A stretch of DNA of 25,202 nucleotides from a virus (taxonomy: Duplodnaviria; Caudoviricetes), in the IMG/VR virus record IMGVR_UViG_3300034072_000011, positions 1 through 25,202 of that record, one strand, 5' to 3'. A model generated the notes under the pieces. That model searched no databases. It had not been told where the DNA came from and saw nothing but the letters and a program-made list of their open reading frames with translations. The translations under genes were made by a program, and so were the position numbers. Positions 8,622-17,375 of this stretch are shown here, piece after piece. Positions within the stretch are counted from its first letter, which is position 1; each line of letters begins with the position of its first letter.

Positions 8622-10078
8622 TATTGACCTTTTGACCTATTAAGTAACTCTTTCTGAGATTCTTGCATCAGTTTTTTTAGCCACTCTGGCACAGCTTCAG
8701 TCTTTGCAGCCTCTTTTGGTTGCTCTTGCTTTTGCTCTGGCTTAGCCGCGCCTTCTACTGCTTTAGGCCTTTGGGCTGCAACATTACCCATGTCGGTAAT
8801 GATGCGTGATAACTCAGACGCTTGCTTATCAATCGCCTTCTTACCCGTAAACACACCAGTTACGGTCGTTGGATCCATCACTAACTGCTCGATAATCGTC
8901 AGATCAGGGCCATTAAGAACGCCAAGGTTGTAGGCTTCCTTGGCTTGTAATTGCATGTTGCGATACTTGGCTTGAATGTCTGCTCGTTTAGCGGGGTTCA
9001 TCGCGTCTGTGGTCTTAAACGAAGAGAGCGAATCTCTAAACTCTTTGATCGCGTTAACCGTGTTTTGTGCGCCAATCACTTGTTTAGCCTGCGCTTCTGG
9101 CATCTTGCTAGCCGCGCCCATAACGGGTTGACCACCTGCGCTTTGCACTGGTATTGCTGGCATCCCAGGTACAGCAGAAACATACATTTGGCCTTCAGGC
9201 GTATCGACAACCTTATACGCGCCGCGCTGAGACTCAATATTGGCTAGGTTTAACCTTTGGCCTTCCATGTCTAAACGCTGTCTTTCAAACTTTACTTTTT
9301 GTTGTTCAAGCTTTAGCCTTTCCTCGTCGAGCATGATTCGTTTAGTTTCAGCAGGCCCAATATTTAATTTAATTCGCCCTGTAATTACACCCGTATTTTT
9401 ATCCCTGAATTGAATTTCATCGCCAACATTGACCTGTTCTTCATTAGGCAGCGGAGAAGCGTTAACAACTTTCATCGCGCCAGTTTTGCTGAACTGAACA
9501 ATAGTAGGCCTACCACCAATCATTACCGTGGAAGGCGTTGTCGAGTATTCCTGCTTTAGTTGCTCGGAGAGAAACTTAAGACCACCTTCCCTACCCATCG
9601 CAGCAGCAATCATGCGTTCCTCTGGAGTTAGCTTGCCAAATGGAGTTGCTGCTTGTTTAGCTTGCTCAAACCTTGCCGCAGCCTCAGCCGTTGGGCCGGT
9701 AGTGCCCATTGCTCTTCCGGCCATGTCGGTAGTTTGTTCTGCTGTAGGAGGAGTCAATAACTTGTTAAACAACTCTTCTTGCCTACGCTTTTTTGCAGCC
9801 TCTTCCAACTGCATACCAATCATCTTGTCCTGCACTGCTTGCTGCACCGCACCACGGTAGGCTTGCTGGCCTGCTTGTAGTCCTTGCGCCACAAGTTCGC
9901 CTGTAGACCTACGAACAGGACTTCTTCCTGATCCAGCAAGTAGCGTAAGACCAAGGTTTAGCAATCCCTGATCTTGTGCCTGTTGCCTAAGTTTTTCCTG
10001 ATCTTCTGCGCCTAACAAGCCTCCCATGTAGGAAGGCATTTGACCAAACACACCGCCAAGGAAGTTACTAGTTGACAC
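8621..10078 (-). CDS. Internal virion/DNA ejection protein (P22 gp20 position)
   Basis: 485 aa, GTG start after GGGAGG, Gln/Ala-rich with coiled-coil character, N-terminal GLLNLGLTLLAG segment. Assigned by synteny. Confidence 0.65.
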   Translation of the reverse strand: MSTSNFLGGVFGQMPSYMGGLLGAEDQEKLRQQAQDQGLLNLGLTLLAGSGRSPVRRSTGELVAQGLQAGQQAYRGAVQQAVQDKMIGMQLEEAAKKRRQEELFNKLLTPPTAEQTTDMAGRAMGTTGPTAEAAARFEQAKQAATPFGKLTPEERMIAAAMGREGGLKFLSEQLKQEYSTTPSTVMIGGRPTIVQFSKTGAMKVVNASPLPNEEQVNVGDEIQFRDKNTGVITGRIKLNIGPAETKRIMLDEERLKLEQQKVKFERQRLDMEGQRLNLANIESQRGAYKVVDTPEGQMYVSAVPGMPAIPVQSAGGQPVMGAASKMPEAQAKQVIGAQNTVNAIKEFRDSLSSFKTTDAMNPAKRADIQAKYRNMQLQAKEAYNLGVLNGPDLTIIEQLVMDPTTVTGVFTGKKAIDKQASELSRIITDMGNVAAQRPKAVEGAAKPEQKQEQPKEAAKTEAVPEWLKKLMQESQKELLNRSKGQ

Positions 10079-10080
10079 GA

Positions 10081-11040
10081 TTACCTCCCAAGCAAACCAA
10101 GTAAGCCACCGGCAGCAGCGCCAAATCCAGTGCCTAGTCCTGGAACCATACTTCCTAACTTAGCTCCGGTTAACGCGCCGCCAAGAACTCCCGCAAGTGG
10201 ATTGGAGTAAGTCGGCTGAATTGTTTGTTGGCCCATTGGCGCACCGTAAGCACCAGACAAGAACGACTGAAGTGCCGTGTAAGGTGCTTGCTGCTGGAAG
10301 TTAAAGCGTTGTATTGCGTCCTGAAGTGCTGCCTGTTGGTAGCCTTCTGTCGCCTGCCCAACCTGCGCTAGCTGTCCTATGTCCGTGTAGTCCTGTGCGG
10401 CCAAGCCTGGAGCAGCACCGATAGCTGCTTGTTGTCTGGCCCTCTCTGCTTCGTAGAGATCCAGCCCCATGCCTAGCGCTTGTTGCTGCCTACCTCTCTC
10501 AGCCTCGTAACCAGAGTAACCCAACTGTGCAGCCTGCCCTGCAAGAGCGTTAGCAAGTGCGCCTTGTGCGCGTTGCTCTTGACTCATAAGGGCTTCGTTA
10601 GTCCCGTATCGTCCTGCCTGAGAAGCGCGAGACCGCATCTGGTTGATTGCGTCCTGATACTGAGTCGTTGCTGCCTGAAACCCAGGCTGTAGCGCGGCCG
10701 TGTAGTAAGGGTTCTGCCCAAGATAACCACCGGCAACCGTATTAGCTAAGACAGGACTGGTTGCCCCTGCTAATGTCTCAGCACGAGAACCACCTAACGT
10801 CGTTGCTAACTGTTGTTGCGCCAAAGGTACAAGCGGATTGCCCTGCATGGCCCTTGTCTGCATCGCAGACAGCGCAGATTGGGTCTGCTGAGACGGGCCT
10901 ACATAGGTCTGGCCTGTGTAAAACTCAGGCGCACCTTGTTGATAGAGCCTTTGTGCTTCCTGTAGTCCATACTGGACATACGGACGCATTGTCGGGTCAA
11001 GTTCGGTTCTCGTAACCGTGTTTGTAGAGCCACCAGCCAT
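10081..11040 (-). CDS. DNA ejection/pilot protein (P22 gp7 position)
   Basis: 319 aa, Gln/Ala/Gly-rich, MAGGSTNTVT start, C-terminal glycine-zipper hydrophobic tail. GAGG SD. Confidence 0.7.
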   Translation of the reverse strand: MAGGSTNTVTRTELDPTMRPYVQYGLQEAQRLYQQGAPEFYTGQTYVGPSQQTQSALSAMQTRAMQGNPLVPLAQQQLATTLGGSRAETLAGATSPVLANTVAGGYLGQNPYYTAALQPGFQAATTQYQDAINQMRSRASQAGRYGTNEALMSQEQRAQGALANALAGQAAQLGYSGYEAERGRQQQALGMGLDLYEAERARQQAAIGAAPGLAAQDYTDIGQLAQVGQATEGYQQAALQDAIQRFNFQQQAPYTALQSFLSGAYGAPMGQQTIQPTYSNPLAGVLGGALTGAKLGSMVPGLGTGFGAAAGGLLGLLGR

Positions 11041-11041
11041 G

Positions 11042-11428
11042 TTAAACCTCTCTCACCCACTTTCGGGGTCTAAAACCTAACGCTTTAGCCTTGCGATCCC
11101 AGCCTTTACGCCACGAATCAAAGCTGATAGTTTTTGCGCCACCAGCTCTCGCAATGCCGAGAACATGATCCAAGCCTGCATCAAGATCTCCCTTGCCATA
11201 AGCGCACCAAACATGCAAATTATCGCCGATAGGCTGCAAAACAACAAAGCCCACAACAGAATTATCCTCAACAAAGACCCAAAGAAGTGATCTTCCTGTA
11301 AAGCAGTCCGAGTAAATGTCCTCAGGTATCCACGATTCGGGGCTTTTAGTGAGGATGACTTCCAATCCTGGCTTGATGTACTTCCAGACCGTCCTGAGTT
11401 CTTCGGGCTTGATATATTGAACATTCAT
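11042..11428 (-). CDS. GNAT-fold-like virion assembly protein (P22 gp14 / T7 gp13 position)
   Basis: VVGFVVLQ...LHVWCAYG...IARAGGAKTISF...GW...LGF pattern; sits immediately before the ejection genes. Confidence 0.65.
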   Translation of the reverse strand: MNVQYIKPEELRTVWKYIKPGLEVILTKSPESWIPEDIYSDCFTGRSLLWVFVEDNSVVGFVVLQPIGDNLHVWCAYGKGDLDAGLDHVLGIARAGGAKTISFDSWRKGWDRKAKALGFRPRKWVREV

Positions 11429-12207
11429 CCGACCACCACATAACCATACGTTTTGTCAGAGGTTGAGTTTGGAAAGTGCGTAATCACAGCAGAACCGTTC
11501 GTCACGCTCGAAACATACACACCACCGTTAGAAAACCCACCCACAAACTGCATCGTGGCAATCACAGAAGGAGTCGCAGGACGCGTAGGGCTCGACTGAG
11601 TGGCGATATGCTCGATGATGACAAGCGTTGACGTTGTAGCCCACATCAACTCAATGTAATCGTTAGCAGCAAGGTCTACAAAGAGATTAAGCGCAGCAAT
11701 GACATGACCCTTGATCGAACCATGCTTAGAATCAATCGAGAATTTTGAGTTTGAGTCAGCAATGTCAGTTCCGTTCTTCCTAATCCAAACATCAACATCC
11801 TGGATCTGCGAGTCATCGTTAGCAAACTGGATTGAGAACTGGAAGTTGTACTTACCCGCCGCCCTGACGTTGATCCTGCTTGAGTTGGAAAGGTAGACGT
11901 TGTTCGTTAAATCGGTATTGGAAAGTGTAATCGCATACGCTGTTGTTGTGCTTGCAGCAGACTGGTCGTTAACGTCGTAAAACGAGCCATACGGGATCGA
12001 ATCAGCGTAGGCATTAGCAGAGTAGGGGACAAGAATAATCTTGCTTTCTACCCCTATTCTCGCGTCTGTAATCGTGGTTGTTGTGGCGTTTCCTGTGGCA
12101 AGCGTCACTGTTCCGGTGTTATTTGTCTTACCGTCCATGATGTTGCGGACAATCTCAGCAACGGCTCGCTGATCGCCACCAAACGGAGGTAGCGTCCTGA
12201 AGATCAT
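11425..12207 (-). CDS. Tail protein with a C1q/TNF-like beta domain (tail needle position)
   Basis: Preferred start MIFRTLPP at 12207 (ATGA overlap with the upstream stop). YGSFYD...SRINVRAAGKYNFQFSIQF...VWIRKNG...LAANDYIELMW resembles C1q/BclA C-terminal domains. Confidence 0.65.
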   Translation of the reverse strand: MIFRTLPPFGGDQRAVAEIVRNIMDGKTNNTGTVTLATGNATTTTITDARIGVESKIILVPYSANAYADSIPYGSFYDVNDQSAASTTTAYAITLSNTDLTNNVYLSNSSRINVRAAGKYNFQFSIQFANDDSQIQDVDVWIRKNGTDIADSNSKFSIDSKHGSIKGHVIAALNLFVDLAANDYIELMWATTSTLVIIEHIATQSSPTRPATPSVIATMQFVGGFSNGGVYVSSVTNGSAVITHFPNSTSDKTYGYVVVG

Positions 12208-13655
12208 CGCATACCCTGTGGCACAACCGTCACATCCAAACCAACCGCGGAAGTCCAAACACCAGAAGGAATCACGTTCAAACGATGGTAGGTTCCTGCC
12301 GAGCGTAGGCCTATCCTGTTATCAGAGTTTGACGAGTAAGTAGAACCCGTGAAGTCTGTTTGTTGGTTCAAACGCTTTCTGGAGTTGATCTGTACGGAAC
12401 AAGAACCGCTGTCAATAACAGGTCTCACCAAGGTGACAACCGAAGGCATGTCATTCATGGAAAGATCTGGCGTAATAATGCTAGCCGTTAAGTTTGACCC
12501 TGAGAATGCCGCGATCTTAGTGCCTATAGTTCCTGTAAGAAGGTTAGACGTAACCGTGTACCCAAAAGAGTCTAGGCTTGCAGGCAGCGTATCAATGCTT
12601 CCGTATGCGTCTAGTTGCTCTAATGTTAGACCTGACGAAGAAGATGTCGTAATTGCCGTTGAAGATGCAATCGAATCTAACGTAACCTCAGCATGAGACC
12701 ACTTAGAAAGATTGAAGTTGTAAATGAGCAGAGCAGTGGTCTGGTCTACCGTCTTAAACGCCCATATCACAAGGTTTTTAAGAGGGTCTACAGCAGCAGA
12801 CATCGTAGACAGTTGTGAGATATCTACCGTATTGAAGAACCAACGGTCAATCTTCTCAACGGAAATAGACTGCACAGTCTGCCCATTACAAACATAAAAC
12901 CCGTCATCAGACAAAAAGAAGCTCGATCCTGCGTACTGAACGACAGACCCAGCTTCCATGCACCCCAAGCCACGCGAGATCGTGTCAAACTGGAATACAA
13001 GAGGGCTTCCAACGTAAGACATGCGGACAACCGCACGATCCATAAACACGAGCCCAAACTCACCGCCCGTCAAACCTTTGACATGCCCACCGTCTGGGAT
13101 GTCCTGATAGTCTGCTTGCGTCGTAGCGGAAGGAGTCCAGCTTGTTTCGTCACCCAACGCGCACCACTCGACTCTATTGGGGTAGACCGTTGTTCCGTTG
13201 TTGAATCCAGCGACTACAAAGTCTCTGACCGTTGTTACATACCTTGACTTAGGCGCAGCAGCACCAAGATCTGCAAAGGCTGTAGATGTGCCTAATAACC
13301 ATCCCTGGAGTCTGTCACCACCATTAGCGGCAATCAGTCGGTTGCCAAACTGAGCAAACCGCCATTTCTGATCCGAAGGGGTTGTATAACCTCCAGCCTT
13401 AGAAACGTCCGTAAGGCTCCTGTTTGTTCCTAGCTTGAATAGTTTCGTCTCGCCGCCCGCAAAGACCGTGTTTGACTCATCCGTAGAAGTCGCAGACACA
13501 ACTTGATTAAGCGACTCTGAAGCCGCATTGCTCCATTCACTAGGCGCAGATAGAGGCCCATAACCCACCTGTTGAGGAATAACGTTTAACGCCTCAACCA
13601 GCGCACCTGCTACCCCTGGTTGATCCGGCAACCACTCACCAAAGTTGACTCTCAT
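12204..13655 (-). CDS. Tail hub/nozzle, packaged-DNA stabilisation protein (P22 gp10-like)
   Basis: 483 aa with beta-propeller-like strand repeats (FAQFGNRLIAANG, GLGC...SVVQ...FFLSDDGFY); follows the adaptor gene. Confidence 0.78.
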   Translation of the reverse strand: MRVNFGEWLPDQPGVAGALVEALNVIPQQVGYGPLSAPSEWSNAASESLNQVVSATSTDESNTVFAGGETKLFKLGTNRSLTDVSKAGGYTTPSDQKWRFAQFGNRLIAANGGDRLQGWLLGTSTAFADLGAAAPKSRYVTTVRDFVVAGFNNGTTVYPNRVEWCALGDETSWTPSATTQADYQDIPDGGHVKGLTGGEFGLVFMDRAVVRMSYVGSPLVFQFDTISRGLGCMEAGSVVQYAGSSFFLSDDGFYVCNGQTVQSISVEKIDRWFFNTVDISQLSTMSAAVDPLKNLVIWAFKTVDQTTALLIYNFNLSKWSHAEVTLDSIASSTAITTSSSSGLTLEQLDAYGSIDTLPASLDSFGYTVTSNLLTGTIGTKIAAFSGSNLTASIITPDLSMNDMPSVVTLVRPVIDSGSCSVQINSRKRLNQQTDFTGSTYSSNSDNRIGLRSAGTYHRLNVIPSGVWTSAVGLDVTVVPQGMR

Positions 13656-14272
13656 CGTTTAGCCAACGTCATGGTTAAAGGCACACCCGAATACTGACCT
13701 TCCTCGTCTGAACGCGTAAGTGCAGCTATAGCGCGATCATAAAGCGCACCCCAGGTCTGTAGCCTGGGATCGTTCATAAGGTAGGGCTCGGCCTCGCCTA
13801 GCGACCCGTAGAGGAGCGCATCCGGACAGGTCGTAAGCCAGAGATTTGACGTATTTGACGTAGATAAAAACGCAGGGGCCGCGTAGTACAGGATCTTGAT
13901 GTCGTAATTGCTGTCAGGAATTGGTGCAAATTGAATCGTAGACCCAAGGATGGTGTAGAAAGCTGGTACACCACTTTGGTTCGTCCTACCGTTCCGAATA
14001 AAGATGCTCGGCGTTGCGAACGTAATAGGGAAGTCGGGGTCAGAGTCAACGTACACATCCCTTGCTTGCAGGAAGTCACTAGGGAGGTTAATTGTCGAGA
14101 CTCCACCGGTCGCCGTAACCGATGTTTGCGTAAGCATTTGCCGCAAGCGTAAATCTCTACGGAGTCGAATCTCTGCGAGTTGGATAAAGTCAGCGATCGC
14201 GGAAGTAAGATCATCTCGTGAGAGATAATTAGCTATCGTTGTTTGCAGATTGGCGTAACTGTTTAGGGCCAT
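13652..14272 (-). CDS. Head-to-tail adaptor (P22 gp4 / tail tubular protein A position)
   Basis: LQTTIANYLSRDDL...FIQLAE...LPSDFL...FAPIPD...PDALLYGSL motifs. Start at 14272 has better spacing from GGAG than 14281. Confidence 0.8.
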   Translation of the reverse strand: MALNSYANLQTTIANYLSRDDLTSAIADFIQLAEIRLRRDLRLRQMLTQTSVTATGGVSTINLPSDFLQARDVYVDSDPDFPITFATPSIFIRNGRTNQSGVPAFYTILGSTIQFAPIPDSNYDIKILYYAAPAFLSTSNTSNLWLTTCPDALLYGSLGEAEPYLMNDPRLQTWGALYDRAIAALTRSDEEGQYSGVPLTMTLAKR

Positions 14273-14894
14273 ATTCGACATCGCTCCACCGGTATTCGTG
14301 CGTCCCGATGTGTCCTATTTCGAGGCTCAATTCGTGATCCACGAAAGTCTTTATCCCGTGATCTAGGGCTTTTACGCAAAAATGCACATCTTCGCCAATT
14401 AGACCACCCGCCCCCCATACTACATCAAACCACGGTTGTGGCATAGCCTCAAACACAGACTTATGGGTTAGCACAACCCCAAAACCTACAGCAGTTACCT
14501 CTTCGATACCCTTCTTGCCTCGACTCTCAATCTTCTCAAAGATCTCTTTATCTTGGTGAAAGTTAATCGCCGTTGGTAGAACGGGTTTACGTCTCGTGAC
14601 TGCGTTCACCCCGACGATCTTTTGTCCGTGCGCTAACAGTCGTTCTAACGTGTTCTTCGGGAACCTCATGTCCGAGTCCACCCAAAGAATGTACTCAGCA
14701 CCATCTGCTAAGGCTTCTTTGGCTAATGACTCTCTCTGACTGAATATGAGAGTGCCTGGTGCGGTGTACAAGAGGAACGATCCTCCTGTTAACGCACATC
14801 TATTGGCCCCGTCGTATGCTGCCAGACGAGCCATATCGAAGGATGTCCCCGTCATCATCGTGTCCCGACATGGAACACAAAGAGCTATCTTCAT
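14229..14894 (-). CDS. GT-A fold (GT2-like) glycosyltransferase
   Basis: Start MKIALCVP at 14894 (ATGA overlap). ILWVDSDMRF DxD motif, VGFGVVL, GEDVHFC, IGHIG. Confidence 0.8.
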   Translation of the reverse strand: MKIALCVPCRDTMMTGTSFDMARLAAYDGANRCALTGGSFLLYTAPGTLIFSQRESLAKEALADGAEYILWVDSDMRFPKNTLERLLAHGQKIVGVNAVTRRKPVLPTAINFHQDKEIFEKIESRGKKGIEEVTAVGFGVVLTHKSVFEAMPQPWFDVVWGAGGLIGEDVHFCVKALDHGIKTFVDHELSLEIGHIGTHEYRWSDVEYGPKQLRQSANNDS

Positions 14895-15175
14895 ACTTTT
14901 CCTGGGCGAGTTCTGAAGTGTCTGTTCTCTGGGTCGTTCATCCACGCCCTGAACTTCTTTTCGTCTGCGACAGCAAAGCCTCGCATGATCCCTTGTTTGT
15001 TTAGATCATCAACCACCGCAAAGGGTAGTTGAGCGTACCGCGTCCACTCACCCCAACGCTCGCGCTCGTCGGTGGCGTTATAGAGTGCTTTGTTCTGCTC
15101 GACAATAGCCGTGATGTCTTGAGTTCGCTCAAAGACATACTGGTCGTCGGTTGCATGAAATTTAGTTTTGAGCAT
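14891..15175 (-). CDS. Hypothetical protein downstream of the major capsid gene
   Basis: 94 aa, in-operon, ATGA-coupled to the glycosyltransferase; ends WMNDPENRHFRTRPGKV. Confidence 0.75.
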   Translation of the reverse strand: MLKTKFHATDDQYVFERTQDITAIVEQNKALYNATDERERWGEWTRYAQLPFAVVDDLNKQGIMRGFAVADEKKFRAWMNDPENRHFRTRPGKV

Positions 15176-15210
15176 AAAAAAAGGGAGGTTGTTACGCCTC
15201 CCTCTTTTTT
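15176..15210 (-). terminator. Rho-independent terminator after the capsid gene, potentially bidirectional
   Basis: Plus strand: A-run, AGGGAGG (15182-15188), 8-nt loop, CCTCCCT (15197-15203), c, T6. The minus-strand RNA has a hairpin followed by a U-tract. Confidence 0.85.
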
Positions 15211-15223
15211 ACCACAGTTTTTG

Positions 15224-16180
15224 TTACGCTGTCTTGAGGTCAGCCAGGATACCGTGAGCAGCCTCGTTACGCATCTCCATCGTGAACTCAGCAAGGATCT
15301 GGGTTTTCTCGGAGTCACCAGTCTTTGCAAGTTCGTTGGTCTGGAAGGGACGCAGATAACCAACTGCTGCGTATTCCGGATCAAGGATGAACGCGTCACG
15401 GCTACGAACGAACCTATCAGGTATGACCGAAATTGAGCCGAAGTCACTTAAATAGACATCAGCCGCGCCGATGATGGTCGTCGGCGCGTCAGAAGGAGCC
15501 ATGTAACGCTGTGCTGCGATACCTGCAAAGGCCGAAACGGTCTGCTTGAGTGCAGGGCCAACCACGAGGATCTTGGGGCTGCCGCCAGAGGTGTAAACCT
15601 GCTGAACGCCATCCTTAAGGATTGCCTCGGTGAAGGTGCGAGTCGTGCCATCCGAGCGAGTCGAAACACCGATGGTGGTGGGGTTAGCACCGTCAGTGGT
15701 GTTGTAGTTCGAGTTGGTCTTGAGCCAAGACAAAAGCGAACCCATCTTGCGAGCCGTGGACGAGTTACCTGCGCTACGTCCTTGGTTCGCAGAAATGATC
15801 GTTTCCTGATCTCGCTTGAGTTCCTGCGAAGCCTTGGAAAGCTGATAAGCCTTCTCAGCGCGACGGCCTGCAAGGTCAACGGCCATCATGGTTCCCGACA
15901 CTTGGATCGTCTTGGAAACAATCTGCGTGTAGTTACCGAGACGGGTCGTTGGGCTGATGGTTGCCGCTGTAGCGTCGTCACCTTCAACCTGTGCGTTGTT
16001 GGTGGTTGCTGCTGCCAGGGTATCCGTCTGCCACTCGTGATAAACAGCGGTAGCTTTCGTGCGAGCAAGCGACGAAAGGATAGGGGTCTCGGTCGGGCTG
16101 ATGTTGTAGATAACATCGGTTAGATCTTCACGCTGACCGATAGCGGTGAAGGTCTGGAATGTACCTGAAGGAACAGTCAT
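15224..16180 (-). CDS. Major capsid protein (SU10/DUF5309-like)
   Basis: GQREDLTDVIYNISPTETP...HEWQTDTL...NYTQI...LAKTGDSEK motifs. GGAG SD; follows scaffold and precedes a terminator. Confidence 0.93.
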   Translation of the reverse strand: MTVPSGTFQTFTAIGQREDLTDVIYNISPTETPILSSLARTKATAVYHEWQTDTLAAATTNNAQVEGDDATAATISPTTRLGNYTQIVSKTIQVSGTMMAVDLAGRRAEKAYQLSKASQELKRDQETIISANQGRSAGNSSTARKMGSLLSWLKTNSNYNTTDGANPTTIGVSTRSDGTTRTFTEAILKDGVQQVYTSGGSPKILVVGPALKQTVSAFAGIAAQRYMAPSDAPTTIIGAADVYLSDFGSISVIPDRFVRSRDAFILDPEYAAVGYLRPFQTNELAKTGDSEKTQILAEFTMEMRNEAAHGILADLKTA

Positions 16181-16192
16181 GATTACTCCAAA

Positions 16193-17128
16193 TTACAAGA
16201 ATCGTTCAAAAACCCTTGCTGCGTCCTGCCGACTACCTGTCTTTTTAAGACGCGCAAAGTCCTGTTTTGCTGCTTCTGACTGGATGGTCTTACCTGTGGC
16301 AGTCCCAGGCTTTAGCAACTTCGGAGCCTCCGTAACCTTTTTGGTTACCCCAGGCTTACTCTGCTGCAACTTCTGATACTGCGCGGCCATCCATAACGTC
16401 ACAACGGCACGAGAGTCAGTGGCACTTGCAAGTTCCGCATCCGAATATCCTATGGACTTTGCAAACGCCCTTAAATCACTTCGGACTTTCTCACCCTTCT
16501 TCGGATCGGCGTAGTCTGGGATTGCACTTGCAACCTTCTGCGCCTCCTCCGCGATACGCCTCTCCATATGAACCTCTTGCTCGGCTTGTTGCTCTCTGGC
16601 AATGCGTTGCTGCTCGGCTCTTAACTGCTGGAGTTGCTTCTCTTGGCGAGTCATTTCCGCGACCTTCACCGCATAAGCTATCGGATCGGTCTCTTTCAAA
16701 CTCTCAATATCCTCACCTTGCATCTGCTGGCTTAGGAATTGATCCATCACCTTTAGTCGCTCGGCGTAGGCATCTCGTGCCTGCTTTGCTTGCTCGACAG
16801 CGGCTTTCTCTGCCTCTACTGCTTTACGCTGTTCTGCAAGCGCGTTAGTTTTCTTATGGTAATCAGTGCCTTTTTGGTAGCCTTCGATCAACTCTTGGAG
16901 GGTCACCTCGCGCTCTTCACCTGCCGCTTTCACGACAAAACGCTGTTCCTCCTCTTGAGTCTCCTCTACTGCTTCCTCGGACTCAGATTCACTGGCAACA
17001 ACTTCTTGTTCTTCTGACTGGTCTTGAACTTGCTCCAGAGGAGGTTCGCCGCCACCCATTAAACCCAAGAAGGCATCCGCTGCCTGTCCCACTGTCAAGC
17101 TAGTCCCCTGCGGGTTGCTGCTTTCCAT
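16193..17128 (-). CDS. Capsid scaffolding protein
   Basis: Acidic N-terminus, EVTLQELIEGYQKGTDYHKKT motif, long coiled coil, basic C-terminus; directly upstream of the capsid gene. Confidence 0.88.
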   Translation of the reverse strand: MESSNPQGTSLTVGQAADAFLGLMGGGEPPLEQVQDQSEEQEVVASESESEEAVEETQEEEQRFVVKAAGEEREVTLQELIEGYQKGTDYHKKTNALAEQRKAVEAEKAAVEQAKQARDAYAERLKVMDQFLSQQMQGEDIESLKETDPIAYAVKVAEMTRQEKQLQQLRAEQQRIAREQQAEQEVHMERRIAEEAQKVASAIPDYADPKKGEKVRSDLRAFAKSIGYSDAELASATDSRAVVTLWMAAQYQKLQQSKPGVTKKVTEAPKLLKPGTATGKTIQSEAAKQDFARLKKTGSRQDAARVFERFL

Positions 17129-17138
17129 AAACTAACCT

Positions 17139-17375
17139 CTACTTAAAAAGTTTGAATCGTCTCTTGTTCATCTCGCCTTCGGCGGCAACGGACTCAAGAC
17201 GCGCTTTCACACGACGCACTGCGCTAATCATGAGATACGAGTCCTCACGAAGCTCAATGTCGTCCTGATGACTATTGATAATACGCTCGATGTTGTCTTT
17301 TTCCAACTCAGCGAAGATTTCGTTCAGAAACTCATCGCCAAGCAAAGCCTTTGCTCGTTCCCATCGTTGGGTCAT
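17139..17375 (-). CDS. Small helical hypothetical protein in the head module
   Basis: 78 aa, ATGA-coupled to the upstream gene, TAG stop. Confidence 0.75.
   Translation of the reverse strand: MTQRWERAKALLGDEFLNEIFAELEKDNIERIINSHQDDIELREDSYLMISAVRRVKARLESVAAEGEMNKRRFKLFK

Noticed and set aside
15173-15226. Stop read-through fusing the capsid protein to the in-frame 94-aa gene
   Set aside because: A second in-frame stop follows (TAA CAA AAA CTG TGG TAA), and a terminator lies between the genes.
15001-15447. Alternative-frame ORF across the capsid 3' end as a programmed frameshift extension
   Set aside because: No convincing slippery site seen before the capsid stop; the ORF crosses the terminator and its product looks non-biological.
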